This document shows positions 1-11,964 of a stretch of 64,000 bases of DNA, piece by piece. Source of the DNA: an uncultured Verrucomicrobiae bacterium (GTDB lineage Bacteria > Verrucomicrobiota > Verrucomicrobiia > Limisphaerales > Palsa-1400); NCBI GenBank assembly GCA_963764165.1, contig CAVXRD010000001.1, positions 928,001-992,000 on the forward strand, in the 5' to 3' direction. A program made the position numbers and the translations under genes. Each line of letters starts with the position of its first letter. Within the stretch, counting starts at the first letter, position 1. The notes beneath the pieces are model-generated. The model searched no databases and was not told where the DNA came from. It was given only the letters and a program-made list of their open reading frames with translations.

Positions 1-339
1 AAAAGCCGCGCCGGGGCGCATGATGGATTTGTCAATCTCCTTAAGCGATTGGCCGGCGAATTTGGCGAGCGCGGGTTTGGGATCAAACGTATCCACGTGC
101 GACGGCCCGCCCGCCATGAACAGATGAATGACTTGCTTGGCCTTGGCCGGGAATTGCGGGGGACGCGGAGACAAGGGCGATAGAACGCTGTCCGCGCGAG
201 CCGACGGAGCCAGCCAGCCGGCTGAATCGAGCAGCGACGCCAAACCGAGCGCTCCCATGCCCATGCCGCAACGGCAGAGGAATTTGCGCCGGGTCAGAAA
301 CCGGTCCGCAGGGTGCATTTGATGTTCCCTCTTGTTCAT
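1..339 (-). CDS. DUF1501-family protein with Tat-like signal (5' part; runs off the window)
   Basis: Manual translation (not in ORF track): MNKREHQMHPADRFLTRRKFLCRCGMGMGALGLASLL...FPAKAKQVIHLFMAGGPSHVDTFDPKP. It has a twin-Arg motif and the DUF1501 N-terminal signature. Alternative start at 318. Confidence 0.85.
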   Translation of the reverse strand, partial: MNKREHQMHPADRFLTRRKFLCRCGMGMGALGLASLLDSAGWLAPSARADSVLSPLSPRPPQFPAKAKQVIHLFMAGGPSHVDTFDPKPALAKFAGQSLKEIDKSIMRPGAAF

Positions 340-590
340 GGACTGCTTGGAACGGGCACCACAATACATCGTCTAATATGGGAAATAATGCAAGGACAGC
401 TTTTTCGCGCTTTGTTTGACTCGAAATCTGACATGAAATCGTCCCTGTCTCGACCGGCGAGTCGAAGGATCGAGGCATGTTTCATTGAAGCCCAGCGTAT
501 CCTGAACGCGGTTGTGCGTTCCGGCCGGGAGATTCCTCGCCGCCAAAAATCTCTTTCCCAAATCGCCGCCTTCATGTTTAGTGGCGTGGA

Positions 591-1529
591 ATGACTCACA
601 AGACTGCTTTGATGTTTGCGGGGCAGGGTTCGCAAAAGGCGGGGATGGGACGCGACTGGGCGGAACAATTTCCGCTCGCCAAATCCATTTTTGAGAAGAG
701 CGGCGAGATTCTTGGTTTCGATCTCGCCCGCCTTTGTTTTGATGGCCCGGAATCAGAATTGACGCAGACGCAAAATGCACAGCCGGCGATTTTTGTTTCG
801 AGCTGGGTCGCGCTCCAATTGCTCAAGGAGCGCATGCCCGGTTTCGTTTTCCATGCCACAGCCGGGCTTTCGCTGGGTGAATTGACGGCATTAACGGCAG
901 TCGGCGTCTTCAGCTTTGAGGATGGGTTGAAAATTTCGCGGCAGCGCGGGAAATTCATGCAGGAAGCATGCGATCTCACCAAGGGCACCATGGCCGCCGT
1001 CATCAATCTCGATCAGGCTGTCCTGGCGGAAGTGTGCGCCACCGCCGATGTCGAAATGGCGAACCTGAATTGCCCCGGCCAAATCGTCATTTCCGGTGAA
1101 ACGGAGAAAATCACCGCCGCCTGCGAACTCGCCAAATCCAAAGGCGCCAAGCGGGCCATGATCTTGAGTGTGGCGGGCGCCTACCATTCGCGTTTGATGG
1201 CCAGCGCGCAGCCGAAGGTCAAAGCGATGCTCGACGGCATCCAGGTGAATTCCCCGAGCGTGCCAGTCATTTCCAATGTTACCGCACGGCCGCACGGCGG
1301 CCCGGACGAAATCCGCAATGGCTTGACCGCGCAGGTCGTTTCGCCGGTCCGCTGGGAGGATTCCGTTCGCTATTTGCTGGCGCAGGGATTCACCCGCTTC
1401 ATTGAACTGGGCCCCGGCGCCGCGTTGAGCGGTTTTCTTAAGCGCATCGATAGCTCCGTCACCATTATGAACGTGGAGAATGTCCCAAGCCTCGAAACCG
1501 CCGTGAAGAGATTGTCCGCGGAACCTTAA
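591..1529 (+). CDS. fabD: malonyl-CoA:ACP transacylase
   Basis: FAGQGSQ, TQNAQPAI, GLSLGE nucleophile elbow (GxSxG), VAGAYHS and SPVRW motifs; first gene of the fab cluster. Confidence 0.96.
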   Translation: MTHKTALMFAGQGSQKAGMGRDWAEQFPLAKSIFEKSGEILGFDLARLCFDGPESELTQTQNAQPAIFVSSWVALQLLKERMPGFVFHATAGLSLGELTALTAVGVFSFEDGLKISRQRGKFMQEACDLTKGTMAAVINLDQAVLAEVCATADVEMANLNCPGQIVISGETEKITAACELAKSKGAKRAMILSVAGAYHSRLMASAQPKVKAMLDGIQVNSPSVPVISNVTARPHGGPDEIRNGLTAQVVSPVRWEDSVRYLLAQGFTRFIELGPGAALSGFLKRIDSSVTIMNVENVPSLETAVKRLSAEP

Positions 1530-1544
1530 TACTCATCCTCGAAT

Positions 1545-2294
1545 ATGTCGCAACCAACACTTGCCAGTCAAATCGCCGTCGTCACAGGAGCCGGGCGCGG
1601 AATCGGACGATCCATCGCGCTCGCCTTTGCCGGAGCGGGGGCGGACGTCGTTTGCGTTTCCAGAACGATGGAAAACGCGCAAAAAGTCGCAAGTGAAATC
1701 ACCGCCCTGGGCCGCAAGGCTTGGGCTCACGCCGTCGATGTCTCGGCCGCCGCCGAGGTGGCCGCCGCCGTCGAGAAAATCCTCGCCGAAGCCGGAAAGG
1801 TGGACATCCTCGTCAACAACGCCGGCGTGACGCGCGATGGCTTGATGATGCGGATGAGCGAAGCCGATTGGGATGCGGTGCTGGACACGAATTTGAAGGG
1901 CGCGTTTTTGTTTACGCAAGCCTTCAGCCGCTCCTTTCTAAAACAGCGATCCGGGCGGATCATCAATATTTCCAGCGTCATTGGCTTGATTGGCAACGCC
2001 GGGCAGTGCAATTATGCGTCAAGCAAAGCGGGCTTGCTGGGCTTCACCAAAGCTGTGGCCAGGGAATTTGCCTCGCGCGGGGTGACGGTCAACGCCATCG
2101 CTCCGGGATTTATCGAAACGGACATGACGGCTGTGCTGTCGGCTGAGATGAAGGCGGAGCTGCTCAAGCGTATTCCGTTGAATTCGCTGGGGCGCCCCGA
2201 AGATATCGCGAATGGCGCGCTTTTTCTGGCGAGCCCGGGGGCCCGGTACATCACCGGGCAGGTGCTGGCCATTGACGGCGGCATGGTGATGTGA
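1545..2294 (+). CDS. fabG: 3-oxoacyl-ACP reductase
   Basis: SDR motifs TGAGRGIG, NNAGVTRD, NYASSKAG (YxxxK), IAPGFIETDMT; lies between fabD and acpP. Confidence 0.96.
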   Translation: MSQPTLASQIAVVTGAGRGIGRSIALAFAGAGADVVCVSRTMENAQKVASEITALGRKAWAHAVDVSAAAEVAAAVEKILAEAGKVDILVNNAGVTRDGLMMRMSEADWDAVLDTNLKGAFLFTQAFSRSFLKQRSGRIINISSVIGLIGNAGQCNYASSKAGLLGFTKAVAREFASRGVTVNAIAPGFIETDMTAVLSAEMKAELLKRIPLNSLGRPEDIANGALFLASPGARYITGQVLAIDGGMVM

Positions 2295-2384
2295 GAGAAA
2301 TAGAAAATGAGATTCGGGGCTTGACGCTGCATGGAGCGTCGGGCATAGACAATCAAACTAAATAATTAATAACGGAGTGCATCG

Positions 2385-2630
2385 ATGGCTGAAAAATCTA
2401 TAGAGCAAAGAGTCAAAGAAATCATTGTCGAACAATTGGGCGTCAACCCGGATCAGGTCACGCCAGAAGCCAAGTTCATCGAAGACCTCGGCGCCGATTC
2501 CCTCGACACGGTTGAACTCGTGATGGCTTTGGAAGAAGAATTTGGCAACGAAATCCCGGACGAGCAGGCCGAGAAACTTCAGAGCGTCGGCGATGTCATC
2601 AAGTACATTGAAGACAGCCAGAAGAAATAA
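2385..2630 (+). CDS. acpP: acyl carrier protein
   Basis: [20 protein letters not shown] phosphopantetheinylation motif; acidic 81 aa; GGAG upstream. Confidence 0.98.
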   Translation: MAEKSIEQRVKEIIVEQLGVNPDQVTPEAKFIEDLGADSLDTVELVMALEEEFGNEIPDEQAEKLQSVGDVIKYIEDSQKK

Positions 2631-2648
2631 GCCGGCAGCACTTTGCCT

Positions 2649-2681
2649 GGGCAGCGCGGTCAAGCTCGCTGCCCTTTTTTT
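2649..2681 (+). terminator. intrinsic terminator-like hairpin between acpP and fabF
   Basis: GGGCAGCG (2649-2656) pairs with CGCTGCCC (2667-2674), followed by T7 (2675-2681). Confidence 0.75.
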
Positions 2682-3941
2682 ATGGCCAGCCATTGGACAG
2701 AGCGGCGAGTTGTCGTGACGGGGATTGGGGTTGTTACCGCGTTGGGAACCACCCCTGGGGCTTTTTGGGAGAACATCCTTGCCGGCAAGTGCGGCATAGG
2801 GCCAATTCGCTCCTTCGATGCTTCGCACTATACAACGCGAATCGCGGCGGAAATTTCCGATTTCGATCCCGTGCCCGCCTTCCCCAGCCCAAAGGAAGCC
2901 CGCCGCGCGGACCGTTACGGGCAATTGGCGATTTTTGCGGCGCGGCAAGCCTTGATTGACAGCGGCTTGGATTTGGACAAGTCCAACCGCGACGAAATCG
3001 GCGTGTTCCTCGGCTCTGGCATCGGCGGACTTTTGACGATGGAGGAGCAGCATTCCATATTGCTGAGCAAAGGGCCCGGCCGCTTGTCGCCGTTTATGAT
3101 TCCGATGCTCATTCTCAACATGGGTTCAGGGTTGTTTTCGATGTATAATGGATTGCGCGGCCCCAACGTCGCCACGTGCTCAGCCTGCGCGACGGGCACG
3201 CACGCATTGGGCGAAGCGTGGCGCACCATTAAAATGGGAGACGCCGCGGTGATGTTCGCCGGCGGCAGCGAAGCGGCGGTTGTTCCGCTGGGCCTCGGCG
3301 GATTTTGCGCCATGCGCGCCATGAGCACCCGCAACGATGACCCCCAGCACTCCTCCCGCCCGTTTGATCGCGACCGCGATGGCTTCGTGATGGGTGAGGG
3401 CGGCGGCGTCATTGTCCTGGAAGAATTGGAGCACGCCAAGGCTCGCGGCGCCCGTATTTACGCGGAAATGTCCGGTTACGGAAATGTTGCCGACGCGCAT
3501 CACATGACTTCCCCCTCTCCCGGTGGCGAAGGCGCGGCCCGATGCATGAAAATGGCGCTGCGTTCGGCGGCAATGAATCCTTCTCAAATTTCCTACATTA
3601 ACGCCCACGGCACTTCCACTCCGCAGGGCGATGTGGCCGAGACGCAAGCCATCAAGACCGTCTTCGGCGACGACGCCAAAAAAATCGCGGTAAGCTCGAC
3701 CAAAGGCGCAACCGGCCATTTGCTAGGCGCGGCCGGCGGCGTGGAAATGGCCATTTGCATGAAAGCGCTCGAAACAGGCATCGCCCCGCCGACGATCAAT
3801 TTGGAAAATCCTGATCCCGAATGCGATTTGGATTACGTTCCCAACGTGGCGCGTGAAATCAAAGTGGGTGCCGTCATGAATAATTCCTTCGGCTTCGGCG
3901 GCCACAACGCCTGCGTCATTGCGACCAAATTCAATGGCTAG
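2682..3941 (+). CDS. fabF: beta-ketoacyl-ACP synthase II
   Basis: RRVVVTGIG, catalytic Cys in SACATG, YINAHGTSTP, TGHLLGAAG, NSFGFGGHN. ATG 2682 preferred over the ORF-track start at 2643. Confidence 0.96.
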   Translation: MASHWTERRVVVTGIGVVTALGTTPGAFWENILAGKCGIGPIRSFDASHYTTRIAAEISDFDPVPAFPSPKEARRADRYGQLAIFAARQALIDSGLDLDKSNRDEIGVFLGSGIGGLLTMEEQHSILLSKGPGRLSPFMIPMLILNMGSGLFSMYNGLRGPNVATCSACATGTHALGEAWRTIKMGDAAVMFAGGSEAAVVPLGLGGFCAMRAMSTRNDDPQHSSRPFDRDRDGFVMGEGGGVIVLEELEHAKARGARIYAEMSGYGNVADAHHMTSPSPGGEGAARCMKMALRSAAMNPSQISYINAHGTSTPQGDVAETQAIKTVFGDDAKKIAVSSTKGATGHLLGAAGGVEMAICMKALETGIAPPTINLENPDPECDLDYVPNVAREIKVGAVMNNSFGFGGHNACVIATKFNG

Positions 3942-4019
3942 CGCTTGCTTCCTGCGTGTTCAAGCGCAAACGCTGACTTTTGAATTCTCATCAAGGGCGG
4001 TGCTGGCACCCATCCAGCG

Positions 4020-4133
4020 GGGTATCTTAAAGATTGCTGCGGTTCGCTGGCTCTGCAAAATCTTCTTTCCCCGCTGATCCGCCACGAAAATTCCATCGAT
4101 GGAAAAATTCGCTTGCGCTTCCAAGAACGCGGT
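4020..4133 (-). pseudogene. PAS-domain fragment of a sensor protein
   Basis: TAFLEAQANFSIDGIFVADQRGKKILQSQRTAAIFKIP, inside ORF 3960-4316, resembles the start of a PAS domain; flanking translation looks non-conserved. Confidence 0.5.
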
Positions 4134-4566
4134 CGGTTTTCGAGCCACCGTGATCGCGCGCGCGATGCCAGATGCAGGATGTGAATTGGTGATTTCATTC
4201 GCAGACTCCCCTTTTTCAGGAGGAGCCGTTAAGCATTCCTGAACTTCGGTTTTCTCGCCCTTGGCGGGCGGCGGCTCGCTTACCGCCGCCCTAAAAGCTC
4301 CGACTGTGAATTCCAAGACGCTTGCATGAAGCGGCCAGGGTGTCCAGCGGGTGCGTTTTCTTCTTGCCTGAGATTTTTTTTATACCATAGTGAGTGCCGT
4401 TAACGCTGTGGCGATACAGGCACGGAAGTTCGGAATCTTTTCCAAGAATTCCTTGGTTTGGAGAGGCCGATCACTCGTGGCCCAAAGTCTTGGGGCACCA
4501 ACGGGGGGAGACAAGCAGATGTCGGCCTGCGCGAAATCGCCGCAAGTCGTTGCAATTAAATTGGAT

Positions 4567-4642
4567 GGGGTCGTAGCTCAGTTGGTAGAGCGTCTCGTTC
4601 GCAATGAGAAGGTCAGGGGTTCGACTCCCCTCGGCTCCACCA
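4567..4642 (+). tRNA. tRNA-Ala (anticodon CGC)
   Basis: 76-nt cloverleaf GGGGTCG...CGGCTCC-A-CCA with G3:U70, anticodon arm TCTCG-TTCGCAA-TGAGA, T loop TTCGACT, encoded CCA. Confidence 0.96.
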
Positions 4643-4687
4643 TCCTGATTTCAAGCACTTGCGTTAGGTTGACTAAAAGCAAGAGCG

Positions 4688-5005
4688 TCATTGATTCAAA
4701 ATGCCCAGGCGCTGACGCTTGAGCTCCACGGAATTGACGGATCGACCGAGGAGTTTAGCGACCTCGGCATCCGGAACTTTTCCGAGGAGTTGAATGTGTT
4801 TTTCGATCCACCGTGCAGGCCGCCGCTCGCCCGCCCAAGCGACAATGGCCAACTCCGAACGTCGGGCTTGGACGGCGGTTCTGGTCCGTCTCAGCAGCAG
4901 GGCCACTTGTTCGTCCGGAGGCGTGCCGAGAATCTTGTCATCTTCCGGCGGCCAGCGATTGGGCTGGCAGGGCGGAATTGCGGCAGGAGCATCGCTCCCG
5001 GACAC
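4688..5005 (-). CDS. small protein with two ~40-aa W..LLG..PD..VA..L.R...AV..RR..L.I helical repeats (possibly HTH-like; possibly a fragment)
   Basis: Repeats WPPEDDKILGTPPDEQVALLLRRTRTAVQARRSELAI and WIEKHIQLLGKVPDAEVAKLLGRSVNSVELKRQRLGI. Confidence 0.55.
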   Translation of the reverse strand: MSGSDAPAAIPPCQPNRWPPEDDKILGTPPDEQVALLLRRTRTAVQARRSELAIVAWAGERRPARWIEKHIQLLGKVPDAEVAKLLGRSVNSVELKRQRLGILNQ

Positions 5006-5012
5006 ACGTTAA

Positions 5013-7328
<2,316 letters not shown>

Positions 7329-7337
7329 TTAACCACC

Positions 7338-7352
7338 ATAGGAATTGCCTAT
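7338..7352. promoter_or_regulatory. OxyR/LysR-type box ATAG-N7-CTAT upstream of katG
   Basis: ATAG-GAATTGC-CTAT, ~80 bp upstream of the katG ATG, overlapping the start of a LysR remnant. Confidence 0.6.
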
Positions 7353-7404
7353 TAAAATGCAACAACTTCGTTCGGTTCTGGCGGTGGCGCGGACGGGAGA
7401 CTTG
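7351..7404 (+). pseudogene. vestigial N-terminus of a LysR/OxyR-like regulator divergent from katG
   Basis: Translates IKMQQLRSVLAVARTGDL, matching the LysR HTH start pattern M.M.QLRY..AVA..G.F; similarity stops after ~18 codons. Confidence 0.55.
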
Positions 7405-7509
7405 AAGCAAAGAATTTGTGGCGGGGCCGACGACGAGAGACGGGAGAGCGATCTGCAATTGTGTTCACGCCCATTGCGCGGAAACCAATTCTTGAGAATT
7501 CACCACCCG

Positions 7510-7695
7510 CTACGCCAGGATTTCTTTAACCACATCGCCAGCCGCGTCCGTGAGGCGATATTGGCGGCCTTGGAATCAGTGCGTCAGCCGTGATGCTCCA
7601 ACCCCCGAGCAAGCCAGAATGGTGGCTTGCAGATCGTGAACATGCACCGTTTTTTCCGTGATGTTAAAAGAAAAATCGTCGTTCTGTCCATGTGC
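7510..7695 (-). pseudogene. C-terminal remnant of a DUF1501 gene
   Basis: AHGQNDDFSFNITEKTVHVHDLQATILACSGVGASRLTH*FQGRQYRLTDAAGDVVKEILA*: DUF1501 C-terminal signature (VHVHDL.ATIL, GR..RLTD..G.VVKEILA) with an in-frame TGA at 7576-7578. Confidence 0.75.
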
Positions 7696-7832
7696 CCTCC
7701 CGTGACAGGAACCGGAAATTGACTTCGCAGAGGAATTTAGGGAAAATTGCTTCAATGTCCGCAGTCAGGTCCTCCGTACATAATGGCGCAATAGCGCAGT
7801 TGTTTGCGCCAAAATCGCCCAAACTTTCGTTC

Positions 7833-10800
7833 ATGGAATTCTTGTGGCGATTGGCTTGGGTCGTGATTCTGCCTCTGTCGATCTCACAGGCTGCCGCCGC
7901 GAACAATTATCTGGTGGATTGCTGGCTCAACCGGGACGGTTTGCCACAAAGCTCGGTGACCTCCATCGCGCAAACGCAGGACGGTTATCTGTGGCTGGGG
8001 ACGTTTAATGGGCTGGTCCGATTCGACGGCGTGAGATTTGTGGTTTTCGACGATGCCACGACCTCCGCATTGCCGAATAACCGCATTGTTGAATTATTGG
8101 CGGATCGGAATGGGCGTTTGTGGATCATGTCCGAAAAGGGCGATCTTACGGTTTGCTCCAATGGTGTTTTCAATGTCGTTACCAATTTGTATCCGGGCCT
8201 GCCGGAAAAAATTCACGGCATGGCCGAGGGGATTGATGGCATCTGGCTGCAAGCCGAGACTGGCGCATATTATTATTTGCGAAACTCCAAAGCCATCCAG
8301 GTCGCAAATATCGAGAGTCCCAAGTTTGGCACTCCCTATTCGTCCGTGGTGGATGGAGACGGTGTTCTTTGGGTGACGCAATGGCGGGCACTCCGGAAGC
8401 TGGAAGGAACAAACTTCGTCACGGTTGAGACCCGGGAGCCCGGTCGTGGTTTTCCCCGAGATACTTTAACTCGCACGAAGGACGGGACGCTCCTTGCGGC
8501 GGGGATGGATCTCGGTCTGCGCTGGTACCGCCACGGCAAACTCGTCCAAGGTCCGATCGCCCTGCCCGTTCCTGTGGTTGGATGCCAGAACGTCATGGAA
8601 GACAAGGATGGCAATGTCTGGGTCGCGACCGTCAATGCCGGGTTGCTCTGTTATCAAACCAACCATCAATGGCAGGTGCTCTCGGTTTCAAATGGGCTCT
8701 CGATTAATTCGCTGCGCCGCGTCTATCAAGACGCACAAGGTCACATTTGGGTGGGAACGGACGGGGGAGGGTTGAATTTGTTGCGGCAGCCTCGAATCGA
8801 GATGTTGGGCGAAAGCCGGGGCCTGGCGGGAAAAGTTGTGATGAGCGTTTCATCGAATCCCGACGGTGGCGTTTGGATTTCTTTGAATGGCCAGGGAATT
8901 CAAAAGGCGCAGGGGGGCAAAATTGTGCAGATCGCATTTCCTGGGCTTATAACAAAATCCAGTGTCGCAAACTGCCTGCTGGCCGACGCCAACAAGGGCA
9001 TGTGGATAAGCCCTCTTAACGACGGCGGCCTGTGGCGCGCCGATGCCAAAGAAATTCGACAATTCGGCAACAAGGGGGCTCGAACGCGGCAATACGTCTA
9101 CTCCATTTACGAAGATCACCAAGGCGCCATATGGATGGGCGACCTCTTCGGCTTGACGCGATTCAAGAATGGAGAATTTAGAAACTTCACCCCGTCCGAT
9201 GGCGTCCCGGAGAAAGCGATTCGGGCCATGGCGGAGGACAGGGATGGCGTGCTCTGCCTTGGTGTCGAACAGTATGGTTTGATGCGCTGGAGCGGCGGCA
9301 AATTTTCGGTTTTCTCCAAGCGAGAGGGGCTGGTGGATGATCGCATCTGGTCGCTTTGCGCGGACAAGGCGGGAACGATTTGGGTGGGCACGTATGGCAG
9401 CGGCCTCGCGCGCTTCACGCATGGTCATTTTGACTGCCTGAAAAATGCGCTGCCCGTTCGTGAAATCGCCAGCTTGATCGCCGATGACAATGGCGGTCTG
9501 TGGGCGGGCACGGGTCAAGGCTTGTTTTGCATGAGAATCGAGGAGCTCAATGCCATGGCGGATGGCAAGCTTGGCCAGGTGAGTTTCCGTCAATTCGGGC
9601 CGAATGACGGCATGTACACCCAGGAATGTTCGGGTGGCCATCAACCTTCAGTTTGCAAGACTCCGGATGGGCGCTTGTGGTTCGCCACTGTGGGCGGCGT
9701 GGCCATCGTCGACCCGGCCAACCTTGGGCCTGAGCCTTCCGCGCCCCGCGTCCTCGTTGAGCAGGTCCGGGTGGACAATGTACCCGCGTTTGCGTCCGGC
9801 ATGTCCAACGGGCCGGTGATTGTTCCAGCCGGGGTTCATCACCTTGAGATTCGTTACACGGGGATTAGCTTTGATGATCCCAAACGGATTCAATTTCGGT
9901 ATCGGCTCGCGCGCACCGATGTAGAAAGCGCCGCCCAGCCCTGGACAGATGCCGGCGAACAGCGCGTCACGCAATTTGAAGCTGTCCCACCCGGCATGTA
10001 TCTGTTCCAGGTGTCAACGCGCAATGGCGAAGGAATATGGAGTTCGGATGCCGCTGCGGTCGAAATTACGGTTCTGCCTGAGTTTTGGCAGCGAGCCTCC
10101 TTTCAGGCCGCCAGCATCTCGGCGGCGGGATTGCTGCTCTACGGGCTTTATGCCCGGCGCGTAAGCCGTTTCAAACGGCGGCAGGCCGAGCAGGCCGCGT
10201 TTGCGGTGAAACTCATTGAATCGCAGGAGCGCGAGCGAAAGCGGCTTGCGAGCGAGCTGCACGATGGCTTGGGCCAGGATCTTCTGATTATCAAAAACCG
10301 CGCCGCTCTGGTGTTGAATGACGCCGTTGTTTCGCCCCCGCCATTGGAGGTGCTGCGCGAGATTTCAGCGGTGGCGAGCCAGGCCATCGCTGGAGCGCGG
10401 GAGATTTCGCAAAACTTGCGTCCTTATCAATTGGATCACTTGGGACTGGCGAAAGCGCTGGAAGGAATTTGCCGAAAGGTTCGACAAGCCTCTCCCACCA
10501 AGTTGACGTGCGAGTTTCGTGAAATCGACGGAATATTCACGCCGGAACAAGAGATTAACATTTATCGAATCGTGCAGGAGGCGTTAAACAATATTGTGAA
10601 GCATGCTCAAGCCACTGAAGGAAACATCCAAATGCGTCGAGAAAATGGAAAAGCCGTTCTGGTCATTCAGGACAATGGAAGAGGCATCAGCCCGGGAGCC
10701 AAGCACGCCTCCACCGAATTGAGCGGAGGTCTCGGATTTACCAGCATGCGGGAGCGGGTCCGGATGATGGGTGGCAAGCTGGAACTAAAATCAGCGCCAG

Positions 10801-10838
10801 GCGCCGGCACACGAATAAGCATTGAGTTGCCGCTATGA
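7833..10838 (+). CDS. sensor histidine kinase: periplasmic beta-propeller (Reg_prop) + Y_Y_Y + TM + HisKA_3/HATPase
   Basis: Signal-like N-terminus, repeated GLP..V.SI.QT.DG.LWLGT.NGL blades, FRYRL...PPGMYLFQV, ERERKRLASELHDGLGQ H-box, QEALNNIVKHA, DNGRGI, GLGFTSMRERV. Start 7833 inferred. Confidence 0.92.
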   Translation: MEFLWRLAWVVILPLSISQAAAANNYLVDCWLNRDGLPQSSVTSIAQTQDGYLWLGTFNGLVRFDGVRFVVFDDATTSALPNNRIVELLADRNGRLWIMSEKGDLTVCSNGVFNVVTNLYPGLPEKIHGMAEGIDGIWLQAETGAYYYLRNSKAIQVANIESPKFGTPYSSVVDGDGVLWVTQWRALRKLEGTNFVTVETREPGRGFPRDTLTRTKDGTLLAAGMDLGLRWYRHGKLVQGPIALPVPVVGCQNVMEDKDGNVWVATVNAGLLCYQTNHQWQVLSVSNGLSINSLRRVYQDAQGHIWVGTDGGGLNLLRQPRIEMLGESRGLAGKVVMSVSSNPDGGVWISLNGQGIQKAQGGKIVQIAFPGLITKSSVANCLLADANKGMWISPLNDGGLWRADAKEIRQFGNKGARTRQYVYSIYEDHQGAIWMGDLFGLTRFKNGEFRNFTPSDGVPEKAIRAMAEDRDGVLCLGVEQYGLMRWSGGKFSVFSKREGLVDDRIWSLCADKAGTIWVGTYGSGLARFTHGHFDCLKNALPVREIASLIADDNGGLWAGTGQGLFCMRIEELNAMADGKLGQVSFRQFGPNDGMYTQECSGGHQPSVCKTPDGRLWFATVGGVAIVDPANLGPEPSAPRVLVEQVRVDNVPAFASGMSNGPVIVPAGVHHLEIRYTGISFDDPKRIQFRYRLARTDVESAAQPWTDAGEQRVTQFEAVPPGMYLFQVSTRNGEGIWSSDAAAVEITVLPEFWQRASFQAASISAAGLLLYGLYARRVSRFKRRQAEQAAFAVKLIESQERERKRLASELHDGLGQDLLIIKNRAALVLNDAVVSPPPLEVLREISAVASQAIAGAREISQNLRPYQLDHLGLAKALEGICRKVRQASPTKLTCEFREIDGIFTPEQEINIYRIVQEALNNIVKHAQATEGNIQMRRENGKAVLVIQDNGRGISPGAKHASTELSGGLGFTSMRERVRMMGGKLELKSAPGAGTRISIELPL

Positions 10839-11479
10839 CGACAGTTTTGATTGCCGACGATCACCCGGTTTACCGGGAAGGATTGCGACGCGTTATGGAA
10901 TCCAGCCCGGCCATCCGCATCGTCCAGGAAGCCTCCAACGGCCAGGAAGCGTTGCGCTTCATACAACAATCGCCGCCGGACGTCGCGGTCCTGGATGTCA
11001 ACATGCCGCTGATGAACGGGCTTGAAGTGGCCCGCCAAATGAAGGCCTGCCAGTCCCCTGCCCGGATCGTTTTCCTCACCATGCATCAGGAAGAGGACCT
11101 GTTTAACGAAGCCATGGACGTTGGCGCCATGGGCTTCGTGCTTAAGGAAAGCGCCATGTCGGACATTCTGGCGAGCATCACGACTGTGGCCCAGGGGCAG
11201 TATTATCTTAGCCCGGCGATTTCAGCATTCCTCGTGCGCAGGCAGGCCGGCAAAATGGCCCTTGAAGCCAAACATCAAGGCATCGCCCGCCTGACGCCCG
11301 CCGAGCGCAAAATTTTGCGCCTGATCGCCGAGAACCGCACCAGCAAGGAAGTGGCCCACGAACTCGGCTTAAGTGTCCGCACCGTGGAAAACCATCGGGC
11401 CAACATTTGCGCCAAGCTGGAACTGCGCGGCATTCACAGTTTGGTTCGGTTTGCATTCGAAAATCGGTCTCATCTTTAA
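10835..11479 (+). CDS. NarL/FixJ-family response regulator (REC + LuxR HTH)
   Basis: LIADDHP, VLDVNMP, GFVLKES, LTPAERKIL...SVRTVENHRANICAKL; ATGA overlap with the kinase. Confidence 0.95.
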   Translation: MTTVLIADDHPVYREGLRRVMESSPAIRIVQEASNGQEALRFIQQSPPDVAVLDVNMPLMNGLEVARQMKACQSPARIVFLTMHQEEDLFNEAMDVGAMGFVLKESAMSDILASITTVAQGQYYLSPAISAFLVRRQAGKMALEAKHQGIARLTPAERKILRLIAENRTSKEVAHELGLSVRTVENHRANICAKLELRGIHSLVRFAFENRSHL

Positions 11480-11547
11480 GCCGTTTTCTTGGAGCGTGAG
11501 TAAAACTACTCAGGCCGAATGAGTAGGCACCGCTATACACAGGCAGA

Positions 11548-11961
11548 TTGCATTCCGCTATCGTGGCTAGAGTGGCCACAACTACCGACGATATAAACCC
11601 GATCATTAATGTCGTTTTGATCGCGGACGACCATGCCCCCTTTAGAGGCCTCGTGCGAAGCCTGTTTTCTTCGGAGACAACACATTTCATCGAATGCGGT
11701 GATGGCGAGGCGGCCGTGCGAGCCTATTCGGAGAAGCGTCCAAATTGGGTTTTGATGGACGTCGAAATGAAGGGGATGAGCGGATTGAAGGCCACCCGGC
11801 TCATCAAGGACAAATACCCGGAAGCGCGCGTGATCATTGTAACTCAATATGACGATCACGACCTATGCGCAAAAGCGGGCGAAGCGGGAGCATGCGCTTT
11901 TATCCTGAAAGACAACATTGCCGATTTGCGCCGTTATCTCAACGCAACGCGCCCTGCCTAA
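11548..11961 (+). CDS. single-domain receiver response regulator
   Basis: LIADDH, LMDVEM, IIVT, FILKD with no output domain; stop lies 3 nt before the giant ORF start. Exact start uncertain. Confidence 0.85.
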   Translation: MHSAIVARVATTTDDINPIINVVLIADDHAPFRGLVRSLFSSETTHFIECGDGEAAVRAYSEKRPNWVLMDVEMKGMSGLKATRLIKDKYPEARVIIVTQYDDHDLCAKAGEAGACAFILKDNIADLRRYLNATRPA

Positions 11962-11964
11962 TGT

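Noticed and set aside
591..3941. fab genes as a polyketide/secondary-metabolite cluster
   Set aside because: Canonical fabD-fabG-acpP-fabF order with housekeeping-type motifs and no tailoring genes.
4390..4722. 110-aa ORF spanning tRNA-Ala (and 46221-46568 over tRNA-Pro)
   Set aside because: Spurious translations across tRNA genes.
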